Source: Octopus vulgaris (Eukaryota). Taken from it: a stretch of DNA of 64,000 nt. Made by a program: the position numbers and the translations under genes. Shown in pieces: positions 29,330-41,973 of this stretch (position 1 is its first letter; each line of letters begins with the position of its first letter). Under the pieces are notes generated by a model. It was not told the origin of the DNA. It worked only from the letters and a program-made list of their open reading frames with translations, and did no database searches. The stretch spans positions 2,108,001-2,172,000 of the forward strand of contig OX597824.1 in the NCBI GenBank assembly GCA_951406725.2. The letters are read 5' to 3'.

Positions 29330-30562
29330 AATGCTTGAGTTAAAATGTTTTCGTATTTCAATCTATAATTGTTCAAATCAATCATACACAAAAGATGTCT
29401 ATTCATCAAAATATATCCTATCATTTTCAACTGCCCGTCGCCAACGATTTGTCAGCAGCTCAATTCTAACCTCATAACATTCGGCTATTTTAGAGGCAAA
29501 CTTTTCTTGGCACCCATTTTCAACTTCATTCATATTGTTGAACCATCGACCATACAGAAAATAACCCATACCTCAGAAAATGTGATGGAAGGTCTTCACT
29601 GAAGGTAGGGTGAGGCAGCACTTCTAGCCCCTCAAGTAATTCGGCGCTTACGCTTGTGACATTGGCAGTATGAGTTGCAGCAATGTTATACAGTACGATT
29701 GCGCGTCTTCGATTCACCAATTTCGGGTAACGGGCTTTCACAGCATCACATTCACGTTGTAGATGTTGAGCCTAAAGGTTAACGTTCACAGTATGGCCGT
29801 CTGGAATAAGATCAAAGTGCAACCTCCCTTTGAAATTACACAACAGATTCTGTAGCCTGACCGGAACGAAGTCATTGACTTACCTCATTAGGATTACGAA
29901 AATAGATCCATTTTTCATCCCCAGTTACAAATCGACGCCCGATACAAACATCTCAAGGATTTCCCACCAGTTGTGTGTAAATGTTTAAACGTCAGTTAGC
30001 CTGGTTATTGGTCAGCTCTTGAGGACTTTCTTCATAGCATCTGAATATAAGACGGAGCGTATGGAGGTGTCGATTTATAGTTCTTGGTGTAAGGGAAAGA
30101 CCAAGTTCTTCTGACAATGTACGAGTGGCTGTTCTTGGTTGTTGCTGAACCAATGAAAGCAAGGACTCATTTTCCACAACAGGAAGTGTCCCTGACATTA
30201 CTTTTGTCTCCGAGGCTGCTATCAGCTTCCTTGAAATGCTTGAACCAGTTTTATATCATACGTTCGTTGACGGTTCCTGCGCCTACCAAATCATTAATTT
30301 CTGTTACCGATGCCCTTGCACTTTTTACCTTTTTTTGGTCCAGGTAGTATAAAGCAGCTCTAAGTGCATTTTTCTCAATACTCGTTACCAAAGCTCTAAA
30401 TTGAAAAATAAGCAATTAATGTTCATATATTATGTTATATGTGAAAATGAAAGAATAATCTTGTCAGCAACGAATGGACGACAAGTTGTATCAAATTCAT
30501 GATAATAATATGCAGATAAAAGTTCTCAAAACTATCGGGAAAAATTTGACTCACCTGGTATA
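29330..30562 (-). mobile_element. Near full-length (~1.23 kb) degenerate mariner element
   Basis: RRFVTGDEKWIYFRNP, LYNIAATHTA (cf. HDNARPH), EVLPHPTFSEDL (cf. HPPYSPDL), C-terminal RWRRAVENDRIYFDE*; degenerate TIR TGAGTTAAAATGTTTTCG (~29336) versus TGAGTCAAATTTTTTCCCG (reverse complement of ~30535-30553). Confidence 0.9.
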
Positions 30563-31000
30563 TCAAGTGTAAATATACAACTTTTATACGATATTCTTCA
30601 TAACTTCTTTAGGATTGATATTAATGGTATTTGTTAGCAACATAAAATTATTTGATATCATAACTGTCATATTCCAATAGTATATTATTGATTGTTTCAA
30701 TAATACATTTCATTTACAATATTTCAGCTCTCTTTTAAACATTAAAATGATACTTTTCCTGTCACATATTTCTGCAATAAAGACTTTTTCTCTAAAAATC
30801 AAATCAATAATTTCTCAGTCGAAAAATCTTTACTGTTTATTTATGTGAACGGATGTGTGATTTTGTATGCGTATGTGTGTCTTTGTGTGCATGTTGTATA
30901 TATATATATGAGAGGTGCGTGCACTTGTCTGTGTGTGTGTGAATTCACACACACGTTCGTACCTATATTTGAGTAATAATTAAAATATAGGTATGCTTCC

Positions 31001-31197
31001 AATATGAGAAATTTATCAAGTATGTATATTTATTAGTAATATGAGAAACGTTCAATATTTATATTTATCTGCAATATATAGAAATATATCAAATATCTAT
31101 ATTTATTAGTAGTATTAGAAATACATCGAACATAAATATTATATAAAGATTAGAAATATATAAAATATTTATTTACAAGCAATATTAGAAAGATATC
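31001..31197. repeat. Degenerate ~36-bp AT-rich minisatellite, about 5.5 units
   Basis: Recurring AATAT(G/T)AGAAA....TCAA.TAT.TATATTTA unit. Confidence 0.65.
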
Positions 31198-31213
31198 ATT
31201 TATCTTCAATCAT

Positions 31214-31256
<43 letters not shown>

Positions 31257-31305
31257 ATGTATGTATGTATGTATGTATGTATGTATCTATATGTATATGT
31301 ATATA

Positions 31306-31469
31306 GGCGCAGGAGTAACTGTGTGGTAAGTAGCTTGCTTACCAACCACATGGCTCCGGGTTCAGTCGGACTGCGTCCCAAATTAAGCATGTGTCTTCTA
31401 CTATAGCGTCGGGCTGACCAAAGACTTGTGACTGGATGTGGTAGACGGAAACCGAAACAAGCCCGTCGT
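31306..31469 (+). mobile_element. 5' half of composite CORE-like SINE
   Basis: GGCGCAGGAGTAACTGTGTGGTAAG...GGGTTCAGTC...GTGTCTTCTACTATAGC...GGTAGACGGAAAC. Confidence 0.85.
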
Positions 31470-31669
31470 TTTCTAATTTTACACTTTTACCATTGATAAA
31501 CAAAAAATATTATTGAAACTAGTCTGGTACATATGTAAATAAATGTATTTTAAACATTTACGAGGTTTTGAAATTTAAGAGCATTTGCAGCAACATATTT
31601 TCCTATATATTTTTTTCCTGGGTGGAAACACCACTCCCGCTTTTGCTATATATATATATATATATATAA

Positions 31670-31880
31670 TTCTTTATTACCAACAAGGGGCTAAACACAG
31701 AGAGGACAAACAAGGACAGACAAACGGATTAAGTCGATTACAACGACCCTCAATGCGTAACTAGTACTTAATTTATCGACCCCGAAAGGATGAAAGGCAA
31801 AGTCGACCTCGGCGGAATTTGAACTCAGAACGTAACGGCAGACGAAATACGGCTACGCATTTCGCCCAGCTCGCCGCCTT
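31670..31880 (-). mobile_element. tRNA-derived SINE (Meta-like core)
   Basis: Reverse complement of the 4275-4505 family. Confidence 0.9.
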
Positions 31881-33444
31881 TATATATATGTTCTTTATTT
31901 ATTTATTTAATGCACGTGTACACACAGTCTGTGACGCGGCAAAGGGCAACATTTTATATCCTAGCTTCACAATTAAGGCGGAACTCCTCCACAGTGTTAT
32001 GGTCGGGGCACTTATATCCTCCTCTCACAGGATAATAAAAGCATTTGTGTGAGTGCAATACAAAAGAAAATCATAAATGCGATTTTCAAAAGATTTTGAC
32101 GCATATCCAGTCCGGTCTTCTTCACAACAAATAATCGATTCACACAAGATCGTAATAAATAATCGCTGCGTAATTCTAGGCAGAAATGTTGATATGAACC
32201 TTAAGAAATGATGTCCTTAATACAAGTTGTATACATGAATTTGTCTAAGAAAAAAGGCCAGTATATGTAAAAGGAAATCTATTTCCAAACAGAAAATTTC
32301 TTATGAGAGGACAATAGATCCACGGACAACAAAATATTTTATGTATAAATACCAATGATTGTGAGCAAATATGGATGTGTTGCTAAAAAAGTGAACTTGG
32401 AGGTACCGAAAAAGAGTCGCAAGAAGATGGCTTTAAAACGAGCTCTGAGTTCGATTTGATCCTTCATGGTGTTGTGCCAGTATGGCAAGATGACCAATGA
32501 CTGAAGCAAGTAAAACATAAATGCAGTGTCACATGATGCACTGTATTTCAGCACGGTGCTGCTACTGCTACGAAGCTGTCAATTATCTTGTCTCTCATTA
32601 GGGTTTTGTCCTTCTCAAATACATGTTTTTTGTGTGCAAAATCTCCGAATCAAAACAAAAAATATTTTAATTGTTGGTGTTATTTGCTCCAAAAATGTTT
32701 CGTCTCTATTTCGTGACTTAATTTGGAGACATTCTTTACCTAATACATCATTCTCGAGCTGTTGAATCAACAATTGAAATGGAAAAAAAAAATTTTAATT
32801 GTAAATGTATAAAAACATTAGTGTTCCAGATAAGAGAAAAGGGTTACTCTGCAGGAACTAAAGTCACTTACTACTACTCCAAAGAACACACACTGATTAA
32901 TTATACGAAAGCCAATGATGAAAACTTCGAATTCATCTGATAACATTTTGGTAAAATTTAAATCCAAATAAACAAACGAATAACAACAGCCACGCGAATG
33001 AAAAATATATTCCTAATTGAAATTTATAACAAGATTAGCCATTTAATTATCATGCAGCAACAGCAACGATACTGCATTGAATACACACATTATTCATACA
33101 TATATATGAGTGCAAATGTGTATGTGTGTGTGTGCGTGTGCGTTCTTGTGTGCGTGTGTGTGTGTGTGTGTCTGTGTGAGTGTGTGTGTGTGTCGCTGTC
33201 TGCTTGTGCTGCAGCTGAGGCGTACTGCGTTGTTCGATGCCCAGGGATAAACATTTCATTGGATTAAATACATTTTGAACGAACCAAATTTTAAAGTTTA
33301 ACCTCAATGTTGTGAATTCATTTGAAACCGGTAAGATAAGGTACTCAATACATACAGAGTAAAATTAATTTATATAGAGGTTAGTAGAACGTATCAGAAA
33401 TCGGCCTATTCTGAATTTCTGAATGAAGTTCTATCTAAATATAT

Positions 33445-33520
<76 letters not shown>

Positions 33521-33554
33521 ATGTATGTGTGTGTGTGTTTGTGTGTGTATAGGT

Positions 33555-33768
33555 GGTGGGGAACGACCCTCATAGGACTGCATCTCCCGAGTCACAAGTC
33601 CGAGCAAGGTTGTTTATGGAAGCGTAGCAATCGCCCATATGCACCAGTTTCCCTTCTCCACGCCACCGAATTTGTCCAAGGGAAAATCAAAGGCCTATGC
33701 AGATTCGCATCTCATGAGTACAGCTGAGTGAACTGGAATCAAGTGCCTTGTTCAAGAAGGAAACACAC
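33555..33768 (-). mobile_element. Degenerate SINE fragment
   Basis: Minus strand CTTGAACAAGGCACTTGATTCCAGTTCACTCAGCTG (CORE/V-like block). Confidence 0.5.
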
Positions 33769-34230
33769 AGTTTCAGTCCAAGGACTGCGGCCATGTCGAG
33801 GCAGCGCCATTTACTTTGCTAAACATTCCCTAAACCTCTTCTGATGCGTGACATTTGGTGGATGAGGGAGTTTGACTTCACTGCCCTGATCTGTGTTACT
33901 TGGCTTGAGGTAGGTTCATCCGGGAACTCCTGATAGAAGATGCAGCCGTGAAGTTCCCTCAGATTTTGTGGGAGGATATAGAAGAGTTGTGGGTTTTTTA
34001 ACCCCAAGCTGCTGCAATATCGTGTTCTGTATCCTGATGGAAATGCTGGGGTTTCTGTTACTATGTAGTGGTGCCAGGTCTTGCTGTTTATGTAACAATG
34101 ATAACATTTGGCACAAGTTTTTCTAAGATTTTCCAGATGTATATTACTGCATATCTTTCCCACCTTCGCTCCAGGCAGTAAAATCTTAACTTTTCCAGTC
34201 TCTCACAGTAGTTGATAAGGCACCTGGTGT
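33769..34230 (-). mobile_element. CR1-group LINE 3' end (ORF2 C-terminus plus structured tail)
   Basis: [35 protein letters not shown]...PQLFYILPQNLRELHG...PDEPTSSQVTQIRAVKSNSLIHQ; tail GGCGCTGCCTCGACATGGCCGCAGTCCTTGGACTGAAAC. Confidence 0.85.
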
Positions 34231-34231
34231 C

Positions 34232-34282
34232 GATAGATAGAAAGATAGATAGACAGACAGATAGATAGATAGACAGATAGAC

Positions 34283-34326
<44 letters not shown>

Positions 34327-34327
34327 T

Positions 34328-34390
<63 letters not shown>

Positions 34391-34594
34391 GGATAGATAA
34401 ATAAATAGATACATATAAAGATAAATAGATAGATAGATGGATATACGGATAGATGTATAGACGGATAGATGGATAGACGGATAGATAGAAAGACGGATAG
34501 ATAGATAGACGGATAGATAGATAGATAGATAGATGGATAGATGGATAGATAGATAGATGGATAGATGGATAGATAGGTAGATGGATAGATTGAC

Positions 34595-34626
<32 letters not shown>
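34232..34626. repeat. (GATA)n / degenerate (GAYR)n microsatellite
   Basis: Direct reading. Confidence 0.95.
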
Positions 34627-34627
<1 letters not shown>

Positions 34628-35740
34628 TGTTTCTTTATTAGCCACACAGGGCTGCACACAGATAGAACAAATTACAAGGTAGAGCTTTTCTTTTGAAGGT
34701 TTAAAAGAATAAAAAAAAAATAATAATAATAAAATAAAAAATAAAATAAAATAAAAAAGGGGGGTCGATCAAAGGGGATCGTAAAAGGAGAGAAAGAGGA
34801 CAAAAAAAGGGGGGTTAAAAAAAAAAAGGGGGAGGAAAAAAATTGATCAATAGGGATCTTTATCACAGAAATGTCAATATGAAGTGTAAAGGGGAGGACA
34901 GGTGAGGTTTACCCGTGGAAAGAAAAGCCTACGGAAAAGACCACGGTAACCTCGGTCAATGAAGTCACATGTTATATTTCTTTTTTTTTTTTTTTTGCAA
35001 ATAAGCAACTCTCTGTATTAATTTTTACGTTTCATAGAATCATAGTCAAGGTGGCTTCGTCATTCATACGTGCCATCCTTGCTACATTCACCCATCTTTT
35101 TTTAAAACATTCACTAGACAAAACTTGCCTCTCTACTCTCACTTTTTTCTTCAAGTGATACTTGAAGAAGTTGATGAGAGATTGACCAGAGAGGAAAGTG
35201 TTTGTCTCTAATCCTTTCAGACGCGTCCACCAGATACATTCTTTCGCCATAGCCACAAGTATGATAAAAATAGCTCTTCCTTCCCGTTTGAAGGAAGGAG
35301 GCGTGACGATATTAACGATAGACTCGGCGGATAAACCGACACGTCCCACACGTGACAGCAGTCGTTCGACATAAGCCCACAGGTGGGAAATTGCTGGACA
35401 CTGCACGATTGCGTGCAGAGCGGTTTCGTCGCTCTGCCCGCATCTCGGGCAGGTCGGCCCCGTGTTTCTCGAGCCATGCCTATAGAGCTTATCCTGAACG
35501 GGTAGCGCTTCTCGGTAGCACCGCCAGGCCAGGGATCTCTGGAAGTTGTCCATAGGTCCCGGGCCGAAAGTCGTTTGAAACAGGCGGGTCCCATATTCCT
35601 CGTCGACGCCCAGGTTTGCCCCGAGCTCGTCGTCGTACCTCCCCTCCACTAATCCCCTATAGAATGCTTTGGTTGTGTTGAAGTCACTCAAGGTCGACCC
35701 GGGACGGCAGAGTTGCTTGAGAGCAACGCGACACTCGCGG
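34626..35740 (-). mobile_element. Young 5'-truncated Tx1/L1-clade LINE inserted in (TATC)n
   Basis: Uninterrupted ORF2 C-terminus, T-rich 3'UTR, tail TGTGTGCAGCCCTGTGTGGCTAATAAAGAAAC; (GATA)n in the same orientation on both sides. Confidence 0.9.
35032..35740 (-). CDS. Partial LINE ORF2 C-terminal region (zf-RVT-type zinc-binding domain)
   Basis: About 235 open codons: RSLAWRCYREALPVQDKL...TCPRCGQSDETALHAIVQCPAISHLW...AKECIWWTR. The N-terminal part of ORF 35032-35907 in the track is only microsatellite and flank. Confidence 0.85.
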
Positions 35741-35806
<66 letters not shown>

Positions 35807-36462
35807 TTTAACATCGTAAAAGATGAATGATGTTTTCGAGTAATGTTTTGTTGTGTCCATTTATGGTGAAAGTGAAGATAGTCATGACTGAACCACTTAA
35901 AGATCATACGACATTTAAAGGAACATAATACATTTAAAATTTAAAAAATTCTATTTCCCTCCTTAGATCCATCATCTAAGTATGTATCTCGCAGCTTTCT
36001 CCCTCTCCTGTCTCTGCCTCTCTCTCTCTCTCTCTCTTACACTCTGTCCCTTTCTCTTTTTGAATATGCACATGTTTGCATGTGAGTACATGTTTAGGCA
36101 CGCAAAAAAATTTTTAATGGCTGTGGGGTAGGGGAGAGAAAAATGTGGAGAGAAAGAGGATATGAAAAAGATGAATGGGAGAGAGAGAAGGAGAGAGAGA
36201 GGAAGACAAAAGAGAGAAGAAGAAAGAGATATCGCAAACAAAATATTCCTGCTAGTTAGGGTGACAAAGTGGAGATTGGTGAGTGATGTTACACCAAATA
36301 ATATGTTTCAAAAACTACACAGAAACAGAACAAAGACACGAACGGAAACTTGACACACAAATCTTGGTTATGCTCTTCCTTCGTCAGATAATGGCCCAAA
36401 AATCATTACAATTTCACACCTTTAACGATAAAATTCTTCATTTTTTGTGACGTCAACAGAGA

Positions 36463-36496
<34 letters not shown>

Positions 36497-37029
36497 ACAC
36501 ACACGTACACATATTTCCAAAAGAAAATTACGCAAAAAAAGGAGAAATATATTCAAATTTTCTGACTGTGGTGAGGAACGCACTCGGAGAATGGGAGTTC
36601 AATTATAAATATAATATTTCATCGAATATAAATTATGAAAAATGACATGAAGGCCACTCGACCCCACGACCCAGCAGTTTCATTGAATCCGATTTTTTAC
36701 AACACATTATATTACTTTTCTCTTTATTTCTGTTTTTTTTTGCCTTCTAAATCATCATCTGCACTGTCAAAATACTATGATAACAAATACAGTTCTATGT
36801 TGGCTCCTATTATAAGCAATTATATGCTCTTTGTTTTTTTGTACACAAATTACCAAACATTACTTATGCCGTTAGAACATTATTATGATAATCAGCGTTC
36901 AATATCGAGTCAAAACTTTTACGCTACAAAAACCGTTCGCTTGTATTGTCGCTGGGTAAATTTCACTCAGTCTTACCTTTAGCTATAACGAGTTCATCTA
37001 GACGTCTCTTCCAGTGTAGTAGAAAATTG

Positions 37030-37950
37030 TCCTTTACTTCTCTTTTAACTTGTAATAATCCTCCAGCAACATGACGGAGCACCTTACACTCGAGTGTAAC
37101 TACTCACAATCCTCCATGGCCACCTCTATATCAGTGTTCACCATCTAAACTTCTTTTCCCACTGAAACCTTTGCACTGTTGTATAAAAAGGTAAGAGGGG
37201 ACGCATTTAGCACCAATATGTCCCACTGTCCATAGTTGTAGAACCTCGGCCTCCTGCCTTCTACCACAACCCCAAGCCTCACGTCATCTCCCACCTTATG
37301 GTATTGACCATTTCTTCTAAATCCCTTTGGGCAGCCTTGATTATCATTTCAAGTGTTTGCCCTGGTCAGTTTTCCGCTGGTACCTTTGTCGCCTATAGGA
37401 TTATAATACTTTCCTCGAAGCCCATTAAAATTGCCGCCATTATCCAGTTTAAGTTCACCTCTGGAGGTATTCGCAGGAAGACAGGTTTGTTTCCGTATGG
37501 TAGTTGTTCGAATTACTTCCATCTATCTACCTTCCAAGTAGACAGGTAGAAGGACTACCTCGTCTGTCTGCATGGAAGTTGTGGAGTGATACCTGGCTAT
37601 CCCTTCGCTGGTAGACCGTACTTCCACCGTCGCGAGCATCGAACCCTAACCCTCTGGTAATGTAGGTAATATCCAGCCAGATGGCTCTTAGTGCTTTTTG
37701 TATTTGTTCTTTTGTCACTACCTCCACCTTGTTGGATTTCGGGTTATATTTTCTCTTTCCTTGATAAAGCTTGTATTGTCGAAGGGGACGGGGGTAGGGT
37801 GACACCTACACATCGTCTCATTTTCTCTTTAACATTTCTTTCTATTTTTGCATTTCTTTTTTGTTGAACCAGGCTAGTTCTTTCTTCAAACCGCCAAAAG
37901 CGTCAACGTCTCTAGCCCCAACATCTCCCCTTTTGAGATTGACTTCCATT
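37030..37950 (-). mobile_element. Second, diverged gag-like zinc-knuckle element relic
   Basis: VVTKEQIQKALRAIWLDITYITRG...LLPVYLEGR...RIPPEVNLNWIMAAILMGFEE...VRLGVVVEGRRPRFYNYGQ/GHIGAKC; collinear by eye with 12500-12809. Confidence 0.7.
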
Positions 37951-38550
37951 GGAATTTAATATATTTTTATTTATTTATTTTCCAAGTACCTTTTACACAT
38001 CTTTTTCTCTTGATTTTCAAGTATTATTTTAACTTCATTAAACACACTTAAATTTCTCATTACTTACCGATGTTAGGATGAGAGAAACAGTATTTAAATG
38101 GAGGAGTAAACGTTTTGATTAATTTCAAGAATATTATTTCTTATTTCGTACATCAATCAAGGCAGCCACTGATATGTTCTATGCTTGTATTCCCCTAACG
38201 TTCACTAGTACTGGACAGCCTTTGCTGTAGTAACACAAAAGAGTATTTCGGGATTATCTCCCGCAACTCGTACTTAAAACGGTTTTGGCTATTCTTTGAT
38301 ATAAATTTTCTTTATTTTCTCTAACCAATTAATTTTCGAATTTACGTTTCAACACCCACAATAAATATGTTAAAGTATGTTAAAATATATGGTTATAACT
38401 AATAACTATTGCTAGCAACAAATCGCTACTTATACGAATGTTTTACATACACATATGTATTTTATTTTTTGATAATAAGCTATGGGGTAGTCAATTGAAT
38501 ATGATGTTTTACAGCTGTATAGTTTATTATTATAATTATTATTATTATTA

Positions 38551-38614
<64 letters not shown>

Positions 38615-38869
38615 CATCATATGTCTGTCAATATTTCTATTATCGACAATAAACACGGATAGTTTTAATCGTAAGATGGATGTTTTTTTAATGTTTTACT
38701 ACTGGATTTGTTGTTTTTTTACGTTAATGGTTGAAATATATACAAAAACAATAAAACTGAACACATATAAAATTTTAAAAAATGATGTAACATAAGTGAT
38801 AATGGATGTTTAATTAAGCGTTATGCAATCGTACAGGCAGATTAATTGGAATTTGGTATTATATTAACA

Positions 38870-38955
38870 CACACATACACAAACACACACATACACAAAC
38901 ACACACATACACAAACACACACATACACAAACACACACATACACAAACACACACA
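38870..38955. repeat. 16-bp higher-order (CA)-derived repeat ACACACATACACAAAC, about 5 copies
   Basis: Direct reading. Confidence 0.85.
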
Positions 38956-39135
38956 GACATTTTCTGTATTAATTAGTCGATGTTTCCCATATACCAATGG
39001 AAAATATAAATGAATATTTGCAACGCAACAGTTAAATGTCTCATTGCGATCTAAGTAGTAACTGTACTGCATAGTAAAATCTCTCCGCCAACGTAAGGTA
39101 GATATCCTCCGGAGTATCATGCTACTACATTTTAA

Positions 39136-39280
39136 CCCCAGGAAAACATCTTTTCTAGCTGGTTATCGACACACGTGTTGCGCAAGGGAGCGTACTCACC
39201 CCCCTCCTGCCCTTGCTCCCATTATATTTCAGGCACAGATTGTGTATCGATAACCAGCTGGTAAGGATGTTTTCTTTGAG
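39136..39280. mobile_element. 145-bp TTAA-flanked MITE (piggyBac-like)
   Basis: TTAA|CCCCAGGAAAACATCTTTTCTAGCTGGTTATCGACACA ... TGTGTATCGATAACCAGCTGGTAAGGATGTTTTCTTTGAG|TTAA: ~40-bp imperfect TIRs with TTAA on both sides. Confidence 0.8.
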
Positions 39281-39670
39281 TTAAATGGTAGTAACATAGT
39301 CCTACGCAGGATTGCCACCTTACCTTGGTAAATAGATTTTACCAAGTAAATAATACTTATGAACTCACATGAGACAGGAGGCTGCCTGAACTCCAGGGCG
39401 GAAGCCGAGGGAGTTGTCCACATTATTAGAAATTTCTACTTCAAAACAGGGAAAACCTAGCTATCAAGCGAAGGAAGACAACTCACCCGGCCTTAATTTT
39501 AAGAAGTATACTTCTACAACTATCATCGGCGTACGTATGTTTTTAAAAAGAATTCTTTGCAGAGAACAGTTATCGTTCAGAGAAACTGAAGATAAGTCTA
39601 CTTCACGCTAGATATGAAACCAATGGTATTGCTCTAAAAATATTACTTTACGCATACAAATAACTATATA

Positions 39671-40038
39671 CTAGCAGTATGACCCGGTAACACCGGCCAT
39701 AGTGCTTAGTGTATGCTTATACAGCTGCGTGCGTGCGTGTGCACATACACGCGAGTACTTTCCAAATCTCCGACCAATCACATACAGCTAGCTGGCATTC
39801 AATTGGCGTATCAAGTTTCGGGCATTTTGATTGGGTTTTGGATAGAAAATTCACAAAAAAGTCACTTCTATTGATTTTTAATGGCTTTGCGGGGTGGCTG
39901 GAGAAATGTAAAGATGTGCACGACCATCCTTGGGCGGTGTTTGAATGACCATAGCAAGTGCGAGCCCGCTAACTGAAAAATTGTGGATCTGTATAAATCA
40001 CACACACACAGACATTTTGCCGTTTATATAGAGAGAGA
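39671..40038 (-). mobile_element. Non-autonomous Helitron (368 bp)
   Basis: Minus strand A|TCTCTCTCTATATAAACGG...CCGGT-GTT-ACCGG-GTCATACTGCTAG|T: 5'-TC, subterminal hairpin, 3'-CTAG, inserted in AT with no TSD. Confidence 0.9.
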
Positions 40039-40384
40039 TATGTACATACAAATAATCAAAATATTAACACTCCTACTAATAATGCTACTAATACTACTGC
40101 CGCTATTTCTACAGTTATTGATATTACTTATACTACTACTACCAGGAGAACTGGTGACGATAGATGTAGAGTTGGTTGTAGTTGTAACAGAAGTGGTAAA
40201 AGTAGTAACTATAATAATAATAATAATAATAATAATAAAAGCAACTGCGTGTGTTTGTGTGTGTGTGTGTTTGTGCGTATATGTCAGTCTGATTCTCACC
40301 TGTGTGTGTATATATATATATAATTGTATTAATTAGGGAATAAAAATTCCGGCATAACAGGGGTTCAAATTATTCTCAATGAGG

Positions 40385-40449
<65 letters not shown>

Positions 40450-40450
<1 letters not shown>

Positions 40451-40792
40451 CAACAATTGAGGGTAAAATTAATTAATTATTAATCAATTTCACCAAGTGT
40501 TCAGTATGCAAAGGGACCATTTAAGGCGAATTCAAATTATTACATTATATAAAAGGGCTTAGTAAAATAAATTACTTTGCCGCATACTGAACTCATTAGA
40601 AATAGCAGCTAAAAAACTTTTTTAAAGCTATTTCTAATACTTAAAGAAAATCTCTCTCATATAGTGCTTGCTTAATTCAACTCACAAAAGTTTGGGGGTA
40701 AGGACATCAAAAAATCAAATGCAAAGGTTATTTGAGAACGTACGTTTCAAGATTAGTCAAAACGACACTTCTATCATCAGCTCAGAAACTCC
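40450..40792 (-). mobile_element. PLE-associated non-autonomous repeat between (TA)n tracts, with hammerhead
   Basis: Contains the hammerhead at 40733-40784; AGAAATAGCAGCTAAAA is shared in reverse complement with 1974-1990. Confidence 0.6.
40733..40784 (-). ncRNA. Type-I hammerhead ribozyme, canonical core
   Basis: Minus strand TGAG-CTGATGA-TAGAAGTGTCGTTTTGACTAATCTT-GAAACGTACGTT-CTCA: stem I TGAG/CTCA, palindromic stem III ACGTACGT, GUU cleavage triplet. Confidence 0.8.
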
Positions 40793-41049
40793 TATATATA
40801 TATATATATGTATATGTATATAAAGCGACTGAAGAAGGGGAATTTTCCTTGTTTTGTATATCCTTTACTCTATTTTTTCGTTGTTTAAAAAATATGTCCA
40901 TTTCCTTGGTTTTGTCGTTATATTTTCGTTTCTCATTGTATTCGACGTTTTTTTGGTGCCCTGTACCCATATATGCATGTATATATACATGTAGAGGTAG
41001 GTACGTACATATATGTATGTATATATGCATATGTTTTTTTTATTTATTA

Positions 41050-41102
<53 letters not shown>

Positions 41103-41487
41103 TACATATATATGTGGTGGTGGTGGGGTGTCAAAGTGGCACAGATAAAATGCCTCGTACTGTTTAATTTCCACAGAACGGTCGATTGGCAGAAATATAG
41201 TAATGTCGGATCAGATGTCTATTTAAATTTGCTATAGTAGTCCGTACACAGTCGACATCCGACATATCCTTATTCTGTAGTTTATTTAGATTTTATCCGG
41301 GTTTAACAGCAACATCTAGAGTCTTGTGAGTCTTCAGTGGCCGTGTCCACTCAAACGCGACTATTGACGCCAAGTTTCCATTTCAGTGTTGCTCTTCCTC
41401 TCGCTCTGCCGTAATACGCCTTATTTATCCTCCTAACACGAAACCCGCATTGCTTATCCTTCTAAGTAAATATCTATATAAATATTC

Positions 41488-41973
41488 TTTTCTTTTGTAC
41501 TCGAAGCACAAAGCCCGAAATTTTGGGGGAGGGGCCAGTCAACTAGATCAACCCAAGTACGCAACTTGTACTTAATTTATTGACCATGAAAGGATCAAAG
41601 GCAAAGTCGATCAAGGCGGAATTTGAACTCAGAACGTAAAAACAGGCGAAATAGCTATTTCTTTACTACCCACAAGGGGCTAAACACACAGAGGACAAAC
41701 AAGGACAGACAAACGGATTAAGTCGATTATATCGACCTCAGTGCGTAACTGGTACTTATTTTGATTTATTGTTGTAAGATGGCAATTGCATACAGATTAA
41801 AATTCGCTTGTCTGTCAAGAGCGAAAGCAGACATCAAAGACATCGAATACGACCCCGGAAGGATGAAAGGCAAAGTCAACCTCGGCGGAATTTGAACTCA
41901 GTACGTAAAGACAGACGAAATACCGCTAAGCATTTCAGCCAGCGTGCTAACGTTTCTGCCAGCTCGCCGCCTT
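41488..41973 (-). mobile_element. Tandem SINE dimer with ~85-nt insertion in the core of the upstream unit
   Basis: A full unit (41656-41973) is followed by a head-truncated unit with a different tail (41488-41655). Confidence 0.85.

Noticed and set aside
31001-31197. ~36-bp periodic repeat as a CRISPR-like array
   Set aside because: Units are contiguous and degenerate with no unique spacers; eukaryotic minisatellite.
32519-32548. Small hairpin AAATGCAGTG...CACTGTATTT as a pre-miRNA
   Set aside because: About 30 nt, too short, and the stem does not extend.
40826-40852. CTGAAGA followed by hairpin AGGGGAATTTTCCTT
   Set aside because: No GAAA or cleavage triplet follows; at most a partial motif.
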